A stretch of DNA of 63,516 bases, filler included, from Squatina squatina (Eukaryota): NCBI GenBank assembly GCA_031763465.1. It is 4 parts of 4 records of this genome, joined end to end, with 100 filler letters (N's around TTAATTAATTAA, not from the genome) between each part and the next. Parts side by side here need not be neighbours in the genome. Positions count along the whole stretch, not along the records: positions 15,990 to 32,363 come from JARFOE010000016.1; positions 32,464 to 49,389 come from JARFOE010000100.1; 2 more parts are not named here. One strand, given 5' to 3'. The position numbers were made by a program, and so were the translations under genes. Positions within the stretch are counted from its first letter, which is position 1. The number at the start of each line of letters is the position of its first letter. The notes beneath the pieces were generated by a model. The model was not told where the DNA came from. It ran no database searches and saw nothing but the letters and a program-made list of their open reading frames with translations. Shown here piece by piece: positions 24,075-35,250 of this stretch.

Positions 24075-24287
24075 CTACCGAGTCCCCATTTCTGAAAGGG
24101 TGGTAGAGGTAGAAATCCGCATAACATTTTAAAAGTACTTAGATGTGCACTTAAAGTGCCGCAACCTACAAGGCTACGAACCAAGAGCCGGAAAGTGGGA
24201 TTAGGCTGGATAGCTCTTTGTCAGCTGGCGCGGACACGACGGGCCGAATGGCCTCCTTCCGTGCTGCAACTTTCTATGATTCTATAG
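24075..24287 (+). mobile_element. CR1 LINE 3' end
   Basis: GGGCCGAATGGCCTCCTTCCGTGCTG followed by a TTCTATGATTCTAT tail. Confidence 0.8.
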
Positions 24288-25737
24288 TCAGTTTTAATGG
24301 TGGTGATTGAAGGNNNNNNNNNNTTAAATAATGCCATGGGATCTTTTATGTCCATTCAAGAGAATTTACAGGGCCTTGCTTTGACATCTCATCTGAATGA
24401 CTGACCTCTAACAATGCAGCACTGCTTCAGTCAGCCTAGATTATGTGGTTTAAGTCTCTGGAGTGGGGTTTGAACCATGGCTTCTAACTCACAGTCAACA
24501 GTGCCACCACTGAATAAAGACCAACAATGCACCAGAGCAGACTTAGAAATTTCCACTGCTACTGACATCATCGGTGGGGCTACATGCAGTGGGCATGTGA
24601 GATGCAGTCTGCATATAATCCATCTGACATTAGAGCTACTGTACCTGGAAACTACAGACCAAGCATATGCTCAGATATGAATTTTCTTGCCCCTCTGCAA
24701 CCCTGGAGGATTTTTCTTGAAGACCATTCAGATCTATCAGTTCGATAATACTGAAATTATATATTGAACATAAATACTAGAACATATAGCTATTAAAAAT
24801 AAGTTATTAGTGGTTATTGTGGACAGTATTTTACAGTTGTGCGCATTAGCAATTTAAAGTTATTTAATTCTCTAAGTCAAATAGCAGACAGGATCATCCA
24901 CTGCAATCACCAGTGCATCCTTGATTTGTCATAGGCTACTCCTGGTGACAGATGAGGGGAGCTTCCATTACATTTGCAAAACATTTAGCATTTTGACTTT
25001 GTAAAAGTTTTACTTTAATTATGTAAACACTGAACTTACATTTGCTAATGTTGTTGAAAGAGCAGTTTGCAAACTATCCAATTACCCAAAACAACGCAAT
25101 ACACTGAAATTCTCGATGCCTGTTGCACTCGCACTGGGAGTTTCATGCAAGTTTCCTGGGCAAATCACTTGCACATAAGGTGGTGTAAGTTCTGGCCTAA
25201 TTGCGTTCTGAAAGTGCAGTAAGCAGCATAAGCTCCAGTAAACGACTGAAGTCCATCTGCCCGATACTGACGTTTCTCACAACAGTGGCCTATGCCAGTG
25301 CTCCTCACAGTACGATGCCTACAGATGGTGGCAGGTGAGGCCAGGCTGCTCAGGAGCTCACTCCAGAGAAACAGCCAGCAGCGGATCCCCATTAGGAGTC
25401 AGCCGCCATGGGTAAAGTACCACCTCAGTCCCACGGCCCTTCTGTACAGCATGTGGTGCCACTCATCACCTGCCAGCCTGGCCCTCAGGTAGCACACTGG
25501 AAGTGACACCTCGTCACCAAGATAAATCAGGATGTAAATAAGGAGTACGATGTTCATTTGCTTCAACTGGGAAACATGTTTTTATTACTGTACATTTTGC
25601 ACTGATCTTGTGCTTGGCTATTGATGAATATTAAAGTCATTCAGGAAAGGGAACATTCAGTTAGCGTGAACATTTATACTCAGCTGATAAATATTGATTA
25701 AGCTTTCTGTAATCTACGTAGTATTATTTCTCACTCC

Positions 25738-25942
25738 TCATAGAAACATAGAAGATAGGAGCAGGAGTAGGCCTTTTGGCCTGCTCTGCCATTCAGTGAG
25801 ATCAAGGCTGATCATCCAAAATCAGTACCCTGTCCCTGCTTTCTCCCCAGATCCCCAGATCCCCAGATCCCTTTAGCCTTAAGAACTATATCTAACTCCT
25901 TCTTGAATATATTTAATGATTTGGCCTCAACTGCTTTCTGTG
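25738..25942 (-). mobile_element. CR1 LINE 3' end
   Basis: QKAVEAKSLNIFKKELDIVL; internal (CCCCAGAT)3 slippage. Confidence 0.85.
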
Positions 25943-26785
25943 NNNNNNNNNNNNNNNNNNNNNNNNNNNNNNNNNNNNNNNNNNNNNNNNNNNNNNNNNN
26001 NNNNNNNNNNNNNNNNNNNNNNNNNNNNNNNNNNNNNNNNNNCCACACACACTCAACCTTTCATTCCCTTTACCATCTCACCTTCATCCCGAAGAGGTTA
26101 AAATTTCCTTCTCACCTTCTGCCATCCTTCCCTAGAGATTCATTGTATCTACAGGGATTTCCAATGACAGAAGAGGACACTGAGGAAAAGGAGGAGACGA
26201 ACTGCAGCCCAATCTCAGCAATGGAGCAGGTAGTTAAAGTTCTGGAGGAGGAGAAGGAAAGCAGACAGCAGAGAACAAGCCATGGTACAGAACCAGCATA
26301 CTGATTCCATCCAGTCTATCTCATTCTCAACTCCCCCGAGTTTGTCATCCATGGAAGTTGCTTCCTATCTCACTGGCACGAGTCACCGGTGAAATCTTAC
26401 AGCTTGGAGAAACCGGAGGTATGGGAGGTGAGCAAGGAGGTGCCCTCTTTCCAGCGGAGACTGAGACAAAGGCTTCAGGGTCATAGGACCCAAAACTCAT
26501 GTCCACTCACCTCAAAAGAAAAAGTTTGATAAACATCCCAAGTATTTCAACTTGATTATTGCACATTTTGCACTTATCCTGTACTTTGTTGTTCATAGGC
26601 ATTAAAGCAATATTTGAAAGAGAGCATTCTACTGGAGTGTGGATTTATATTCAGAGAACGAATATTGGCACAGTTCTGGCAGAGCATTGAGGACTGCTCG
26701 GCAGTCATGTGCTAAGATTGGTAGTGGTTTCAAGGAAGATCATTTTCTTGGTAACTGGCACAGAAGGAGGTGATACAGTATACCA

Positions 26786-27417
26786 TCAGCGGTTGAACTC
26801 CTCCTGTACAATCTGATTTTGGATGGCCCTTGCAGCATCCAGGGATGAATCCTCTGACAGTTCATCCTCCTCAAACGCTGGGGCCTGCAGCTCCCTTTCC
26901 TCGGGCAACAGTGGCTCCTCGTCATCTACACTGAATAGGTGGCCTTCCTGCAGTGCAAAATTGTGCAGCACACAGCATGCTATGACGATTCTCGCAACCC
27001 TTTGGGGTGTGTACTGCAGTGCTCCACTGGATCTGTCCAGGCAGCGAAACCTGCTTTTCAACAGTCCTATGGTCCTCTCCACCACTGCTCTCGTTGCTGC
27101 CTGGGCCTGGTTGTATGCATACTCTGCCGGCATTATCGGTTGACTCAGTGGAGGCATGAGCCATGTCTGCAGCGCGTACGCCTGGTCTCCGACGAGCCAC
27201 CCTTGGACATGGTTGTCTTCGTGAAAGAGGTCTGGAAGTGTTGAGTGCTGTACAATTACAGCGTCGTGACAGCTGCCAGCGTGCTTGGCATTTACATACA
27301 AGATCTTCTGGTGGGCATCGCAGACAATCTGAACATTTAGCGAATGGAACCCCTTCCTGTTCACAAATATAAGCGGTTGTTCTGCTGGCGCCTTCAGTGC
27401 TACGTGTGTGCCACCTA
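26786..27417 (-). mobile_element. PIF/Harbinger (HARBI1-like) DDE transposase, C-terminal part
   Basis: GTHVALKAP..FVNRKGFHSLNVQIVCD, GSCHD, WLVGDQAY, YNQA..TRAVVERTIGLLKSRFRCLD and ACCVLHN; the 5' part is in a gap. Confidence 0.93.
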
Positions 27418-27544
27418 NNNNNNNNNNNNNNNNNNNNNNNNNNNNNNNNNNNNNNNNNNNNNNNNNNNNNNNNNNNNNNNNNNNNNNNNNNNNNNNNNNN
27501 NNNNNNNNNNNNNNNNNTAAAGTTCTCCCTTAGTGGCTCAACAA

Positions 27545-27930
27545 ATTAAGGCAGTGAGTAGTTGGCCTGGAAGATTCCATGTTCAATCCAAGAGTGCGCT
27601 GCGTTAGTTTATTAGCACGGGGCAGTGGTAGATGCAATTGGGTGCAAGGTACCTGGGTTAGGGAGGGGTAAGTGAGGCAGGGTATCCAGTGACCCCTGCA
27701 AGGAGCAGCACATATGGACATCGGGTGAGGTCAGGCACAGGCTTGGCTGTGATGCCCTCTCACCGTCACCACATTCGATAGCCCAACAACATTCACCAAC
27801 TCAACTCACACCCGAAGAATGGCCATTTGGCCAAGGTACCAGAGGGTAGCTACCAACTGTGGAACCGTAACCCAAGAAAGAGTCAAAACCTTCAGGAGAG
27901 GAAGGAAGGGGAGAAAATTTGTAGAAAAAA
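27545..27930 (+). mobile_element. Unclassified SINE-like interspersed repeat
   Basis: tRNA-like head (AGTGGCTCA..GTTCAATCC) and a body similar to reverse copies at 52414-52975; related heads near 51010 and 57870. Confidence 0.45.
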
Positions 27931-29763
27931 GAGGAAAAATAACAAACACCAGAGACTCGTTAACTTGGCAACATCATGTTTGGAATGAACTTTTTAAATT
28001 GCACCTATGCAGATAAGACATTTATGGCAGCTCATCTGGAATATCATGCAACTAAAATAAATTTTACAGCACAGTTTTTGCTGGCACAATAAAGAGAGCA
28101 GATAGCTGACTAAAGCAATAGGTGCACAGGTCATGAAAAGAACAAAAAGATACCCTGCAATTGAAACTGTCTCCTTACGTATGTTTCTACTTACTTGAAT
28201 AAATGTGGCCATCTATTCCTCGATTGCCTGCCGCGTTCAGCACTCAGATGAAGTATCACAAGTTATCGTTGGTGCTCCGCTAATTTTTGGCGATGCAGCT
28301 GCTGAGGAGTTGTTTGAAGAACCTCTCCTTTTATGTGAAGTTTGCTGACCACGTAAGAGCTGGCGGCCAATCGAGTTGGCATTAGCTCACCCCATCTGCC
28401 ATTGTGCACCTGCTAAAACAGTGATCTCACCCCTCTCATATTTCTAAGACTCAGGAATTCAAAAGCTGAACAAAGATACCATTTCAGACCAGGGGGAAGT
28501 GTACTAAATAAACAAATCAATTATTTAACTATATCGTTATTGACAGAGTAAATTTAGATGCTGGGGCATTCAGTTTACACATATGAGCAAATGAATAAAA
28601 AATGACATTACATTTAAAGTTTGATGTTTGCAGTTGAAACATTTTAACATTAGAAATTCTTCTTAATTGTGGCTTTTGTGAACCCTTTGAACTAAGGTCT
28701 ATTTTAGTAAAGCATGTGTACTATAACTGATACCTTTTGTTCTGCCGTTTACAATAGCTCTTAGAACGTCAGCAGTTCTTAGTTCAGACTAGAAATTATT
28801 TGTATGTTAATGAGAGCAAAATAACCATTGGAAATTTTGAGCAGTCATTTCCAAGATGCTGCTTTGAAACATTGGGGGTAATTTTGCTGCCCGAACGTAA
28901 AACTGGCATTACAGATCGTCTGCCTGTACTAGAAACTGCTCAACTTTCAATTCCATGGAGATTAAATATCGGGCAGTTTATTTAATGGGAGGCCGAACTA
29001 CAACACCAGTGTTGTGCCTGGGTGGCAAGTNNNNNNNNNNNNNNNNNNNNNNNNNNNNNNNNNNNNNNNNNNNNNNNNNNNNNNNNNNNNNNNNNNNNNN
29101 NNNNNNNNNNNNNNNNNNNNNNNNNNNNNNTGTACAGTGCTGGTGCCTGTACTGACAGTATAACTGACACCTCTGGGTGATATGATACCAGTTAGGCTGC
29201 ATAAGTCTGGCACAGATGTGGAGTTCTGTAGCTCACTGGGCTTATGGTTTATTTAGGCGAGCAAGGGGGAAAATTAAACTGGACCTCTCATTCCTGATCA
29301 CTCTCGTGACCTTTTCTGGAAAGTCTACAGGTATGCATGTTGGTTTCAAAAAATGTTAAGCCTGGAGGGCTGTTGGTGTTTGTGGACCTGAGTCATTGTT
29401 TAGTGATGGGGTGGGCAAGGAAAATCTGAAGCTTTATCTTAGTTGTAGATTAGACTTCTGTTAATTAGAAGTCATTGGAATTCTAACTGCTTGTATTACA
29501 GAACTGCTAAAAGTTAAGAGGTTCCTATAATAGCTTGGCTCCTGGTGCTGTAGTATCTGCCCTTTTTAATGCAAGGGAATGGATTACACAACCCTCGCAG
29601 GAACAGAAACAGCAATTTGCGATTTAACTTTTCTGGCTATCACGATTTCTCTTTTTTGCCCTGAGTGCCCCTGCCCCCCACCCCGGCCACCTCAGTAGCT
29701 AGGAAAGGTATGTAGAAACCATGGCTTATGTATCACAGCATTGGCCTGTCGTGTGTGGTGGTT

Positions 29764-29979
29764 ATGGTTGCCAACTCTCCAGGAATTAAAGATTAATCTC
29801 TTGGACACTGAGTGCAACCCAGGAGAGAAAAATCACAAGAGCAATAAAACACTACTTTTCATTTTTCTTTGAAAACTTTTGTTGGCGGTGGGGGTAAAAG
29901 CCCATTTCACTGGATGGGGCGGTTGGAGGCAGTAGTGATGAAACAGCCAGGCGAATGGCTAACCAGAGCTGGCAACCCT
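29764..29979. mobile_element. Small MITE with GGTTGCCA terminal inverted repeats
   Basis: GGTTGCCAA at 29766 and TGGCAACCCT ending at 29979. Confidence 0.55.
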
Positions 29980-30242
29980 CGTTGAACATAGAACATACAG
30001 CACATAACAGGCCCTTCGGCCCACGATGTTGTGCCGAACCTTTGTCCCNNNNNNNNNNNNNNNNNNNNNNNNNNNNNNNNNNNNNNNNNNNNNNNNNNNN
30101 NNNNNNNNNNNNNNNNNNNNNNNNNNNNNNNNNNNNNNNNNNNNNNNNTGTTTAGGTGGTTGTTTCATGAATTCTCAACCTAAGCAAACCTGTCATGTCA
30201 ATACTTAAATGTATCCTCTCTCTCTCTCTCTCTCCTCTGCAG

Positions 30243-30495
30243 TCTCCATTTGATGGTTCACGTTTGGTCTTTCCGCCTGTTCCAGCGTCACTCGTTGTAG
30301 GGTTATTTTTTGCTGCTTTCCACTTGCTTGCTCCAGGAGCAGTCGGCAGGTCTATCTTTGTTGGAGGTCTATGTGGCTATGTTGTTTATGACATGATACA
30401 TTATTATCTACATTATGGCTCTCCAAAGAAAGGCAGCTACCTCTATGGACTTAAAGCATACCATGTTAAGCATCATTTTGAACACCAAAAATTAG
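30243..30495 (+). CDS. FA2H: Fatty acid 2-hydroxylase, penultimate exon
   Basis: [44 protein letters not shown] with His boxes; AG/GT. Confidence 0.96.
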
Positions 30496-31847
30496 GTACA
30501 TATAACTTGTTTCTGACATGTTGGTATTTTACTATTAATAACAGCAGAATTTACAAACTCTTGCTTTTTTCCCATTTGTGCCCAAGAGATGCGAGTAAAT
30601 TCCAAGCTGAGTTTGAGTATAAAAATTATTTCTAAACTGCATGCACAAGTTTGTGGCTATAATCTATATTTGTGTTTTCATGTAGTAAGGAGTTATGTAT
30701 TCTGAAGGGACAGTAGACTGTTCTATTGGTTCAAATAGGCATTATGAAGATACCGTCGGCACAAGTTGATAAGGAGCTGGGATTTCTCCTGCGTGTTCTC
30801 CCCAATATCTCCACCTCTTTTACTCCTCCGGTCTCTTGCTTCTCTCTGATCCAGACCGAGGTTTTTTTTGTTCCACCTTGTTCTTCGCTCTTCTGGTCCC
30901 TGATTTGACAATCTGGGCCGTTGATATTCTTCAGGGCTGTTGACCCAGTAATCCATTGTAACTCTCATGACAGACGGGTAGCACCCTAAAAACAAAACCA
31001 GTGGAGACCCCGCAACGTGTCTTGAGGCGGTGGGTGGGGGCAAAGGGGGCGAGGTCGGTGCGGGGTGGTNNNNNNNNATGTGCTTACCTAACCTTCCATG
31101 GCTTGATTTATAGGCAATGCAGAGCAGGCAATGCTGGCCTAAATTTAGAAGCAAGGGAACGAAGGGATAATCTTCAAACTGTTAATACTCCGTCAGGTTG
31201 CAAGCCACTTGTGCCTAGCAGAAGGTCCAATATAGCTGAGAAAAGATCTGAAGACAAATTGCTGAGGTATTCTCATCTTTTGGGGGGGTGAGGTGAATCT
31301 CATGCAGAAGGGGAGATACTGGGAGGATTTTTTTTGAGGGTGGGTAAGACTCCCAAAGACTGATCACCTGCACCTGCCTTTTCAAATATCTCATTAAATT
31401 ATCCTACTTTCCCTGGGGGCGATGGTTTATTTAGGAAAGCTTTCCAAGATGCTGAGAACTTGATGTGATTTCCCCTCAGTTCTTCATGTGTCAATCTGGA
31501 CAATGAATTTCTGCAGGTCATTTGGGGAATTGGGGTGGGTGAACATCATAGCCAAACCTGATCAGGTTGTGACTTATATTCTGCATGTGTATTTTTTTTG
31601 GGGTGGTCAATGGATGATTCGGGTGGGAATCCCAGCTTTCCCTTTACCAATCCAGAGAGAGTGTCTAATTGAAGTGCCCAGCTAAGATTAGTTGAGACTA
31701 GAGAATTAGACTGGAGCCCTCCAGCACACAAGACTCAATGCCATTCTGCATTGTGTATTTATATGTATTCTTCAAGTCTAATTGGGAATTTCTCAAATAT
31801 AACGCAACTTCTAACCTGCTGGCATTTATTTCTCCTCTCCCATTTAG

Positions 31848-31927
31848 GATTTGGAATTACTAGCAGGATGTGGGACTACCCATTCCATACCTTAATTCCA
31901 GAAGAAAAATTTGAGAAGAGTCACTGA
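31848..31927 (+). CDS. FA2H: FA2H terminal exon (G)FGITSRMWDYPFHTLIPEEKFEKSH*
   Basis: In phase with the previous exon and matches recalled GFGISTKLWDYCFHTL; AATAAA at 32312. Confidence 0.93.
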
Positions 31928-32363
31928 TGTCTGGTTGCAAGATCCACACTATTAATCAGCCAGCCTCGTGAGAATTTCTATCCAGATACATTCCTACATA
32001 TGGCCAGACTCAAGTCTTATCTTCAGCTACATGCAGGATTCCTTCTAACCCTACAGAATGTAAAAACCTTCACCTGCTTTCTGAATTGTCCAAATTATAC
32101 CCAAATGTTTTCTAACAAGTGCCTGATCTCGGGGAGCTGTATTGCCTGTTGATCAATATTTATTAATTGTTAAATGTATATTTTTTGTTTTGTAATCTAA
32201 ATTAATGTGTATTTGACAGAGTGGAGCTGTACACAATGGTAGTGTTGTGGCTGCAGTGGTCCACACTATATTGAGATTATGCCACAGCAAATTGTTGATT
32301 TTAATTTTAATAATAAAGGTTCATCTGCTCTTGTAATAGTTTTGTAGAATTACTCCTTTGCAT

Positions 32364-32463
32364 NNNNNNNNNNNNNNNNNNNNNNNNNNNNNNNNNNNNN
32401 NNNNNNNTTAATTAATTAANNNNNNNNNNNNNNNNNNNNNNNNNNNNNNNNNNNNNNNNNNNN
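32364..32463. other. Artificial scaffold linker
   Basis: N44-TTAATTAATTAA-N44. Confidence 0.97.
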
Positions 32464-34689
32464 AATATTCTAACATCCAACTAATGCTAACTCTTTTATT
32501 TCCACCTGTCAACTAATCTCCTAGCATCCAAAACACACCTGCCACAAGGATGTTTACCACTATAATTGCTGACCAGGAAGCAATTAGTTCCTAATTCTAT
32601 TAATAGTTAATACAGGCAAATTAAGAGTTAATGCTAGATTTTTTTTAACTTAATGCATTATGTCCATATTTGAAATATGCAAATACATAATGACCTGCTA
32701 TACCTGTGGTTAGTAAATAATTTTGAGTTGGCTGCCCTGATTCTTCAGGTTACAAAGCATGGTGTTTTGAATAGATTGCTTTATGCAATACAGCAACACG
32801 AGCACCATTTTGACCACAGTTGGACTGGCTGTGAGGTGAATGAAGGGATTGTGTCTATCTGTCTGCTTTGGCAACATTAGGCAGCTGGTGTTTGTAAAAG
32901 GGATATTCCTAGCCAATGAAAAGGAAGGCAGACTAATCAAGAAAAGAATGGATTCCTCCTGCTGTCTCCTCTAGTTCTCCTCTCTTTGTACAGAACAATG
33001 TCCAACCGCACTTTATTTTAGAAAAAATATCAATAGTTGTGAATATTACATCTTCCTGGCTGTGTCTGCTAAAGAGTGGTATTTGGTTCATTCCCCTTAA
33101 AACTAACTTTAGCAATATACATCGACGATGCTTCGGTCTACTGTAGAAACCATATTGAGATACATCTATTCAGTTACTAATCAATATACTAGATCAATCA
33201 ATCATCAGGGTAAAAGTTAGTCTGTGTAACAATACTGTAAACATGTTCAAGGAGATTTTATCCATTCATTATTGTTGGAATATTGCACTACTTATGCAAA
33301 ATCCTAAATGTATGACATGCTTGTGATCTTGCCACCAATACCAAACATCAGGAATCTTCAGAGACCAGAGAATATCTTGATCCAGGATATACCACCTGAT
33401 TTTACTGGATATTATTTGCTGCCTTTGAATGCATACTTTTTATTTCTTTTTAAGTTATCTTGAGAGGTAGAACATTTGGATGTTTCAATATTTGCCTTTA
33501 GCTTTGACTTGACATTTGATTTGCATCCAGTCTGAATCCCAACCCAGCTGAGCAGAAATGCAATGAAAGCTACTATGAATAAATTATAGATGGTATCTTT
33601 GCATTTCATTTACATAAGTTTCAGCCTAGCTTAGTTGGTAGCACTGTCATTCCAAGACTTGATCTCGGTTGACATTTCAAAGCTATATTGTTGGAGCTGC
33701 CATCATTCAGAGAAGATGTTAAACCAAGGCCTCAGCAGCTTATTCAGGGCACTGACTACCAGGTTTGCACGAACCTATGTCAGCTGTGCCAACTGTGGCT
33801 CACTAGATAGCACACTAAGTCAAAAGGTTGTGAGTTCAAAACCCACTCCAGGAATTTGAGCACAAAAANNNNNNNNNNNNNNNNNNNNNNNNNNNNNNNN
33901 NNNNNNNNNNNNNNNNNNNNNNNNNNNNNNNNNNNNNNNNNNNNNNNNNNNNNNNNNNNNNNNNNNNNTCATCTCTCTGTGGCACCCTTTGACAATGTAT
34001 CTGCCACCACCTTCTTCTTCTCAGCAGGTACCTCTTAAGATGTAGCAACAGGAGATGGTCCACTGCCAGGACAGCACCCATGACGCTACTTCAATAGTTC
34101 AGCAAAATGGGCTTGAAGCCAACTTCTCAGTGAAACTTGGGTGACCTAGGACTCCAGAGTTGTTGAAGGCTCGTGCTCAGGGTTATGCTGGCTACTGAGA
34201 GAATTGTTCCATTTCTTCTAATTATTGTGAGTTTGCCTTTGAAATCTTCTTCCAAGTTGCTGCTTTCCACTGAAGTTAAGAACATCGATTAACAGGGCAA
34301 TTGAAATAGACGCTAAAGGCAACAGCTATTTTCTCAGATAAGACTTTTGAGGAATAATGGCATCCAGATCGTCAGTCGATTTGGTGAATAAATCTTGTGA
34401 AGCACAATTTTATTTGCTGCCAATATTGGCTCAGCTGATTGAGTTGATCATTTCAATGAGATTTTTGTATGTGCCTTAGGGGTCTGGAACTAATTTGCAA
34501 GGAAAGTTTGTTAACGATGCAGTAGTTTTATTAAAGTTCTCATGGTTCTAAGCTAATNNNNNNNNNNNNNNNNNNNNNNNNNNNNNNNNNNNNNNNNNNN
34601 NNNNNNNNNNNNNNNNNNNNNNNNNNNNNNNNNNNNNNNNNNNNNNNNNNNNNNNNNCAAAGTGAATGTATATGAGCTGGTGCTTGTGT

Positions 34690-35250
34690 GTAAGAGAGGC
34701 GTTGATGGTGCGTTCTCAATCTTTTCCTCCTCCTCCTCCTCCTGCTCCTCTTCCTCAGTAGTCAGAGCAGTCTCTCCTCAAGGTCAGAGAGGGGGGCAGA
34801 TTCATTTCCCCTCCCCCAGCCTGAATCTGCTGCATCCGGCTGTGGGCCACCTTTCCCTGCAACTGAAAGGAAGGTTTGTTAGCATCATTGAAGTTACTTC
34901 TGGTGAAAGAATGCATGCCCTGACTGATTAGCACTCAATGTAGGCAAGACATCAAATGAGCATGAATCTGTGAGTAGGGACAGATGGATGGAGCAGCCTT
35001 GTTGGGTTGGTGCTGCATTGAAGACTGCAGAGACAGAAGAGGAGGATTGGGAAAAGAATGACACTCCTACTCACTTTCACGACTCAACCACTATGGCAAT
35101 TGCGGCTCATAATGCCCTGAATTGCTGTGGGGCTGGCCGCCTGCCAGACGGTGGGTACAGCTGTCCCCTCCGTGACTCTACCCCACCCACAAACCTTTCC
35201 AGAGCAACGTTGCTGAATCACCTGGTCTGCTGTGACAATGAGGAACTCAT
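34690..35250 (-). pseudogene. Degenerate Harbinger ORF2 (Myb/SANT-like) with two exons
   Basis: Exon 35250-35075 reads M..R*FSNVALERFVGGVESRRGQLYPPSGRRP..AL*AAIA with donor GTGAGT; the exon from 34856 reads GKVAHSRMQQIQAGGG..LSDLEERLL; stops and a frameshift present. Confidence 0.65.
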
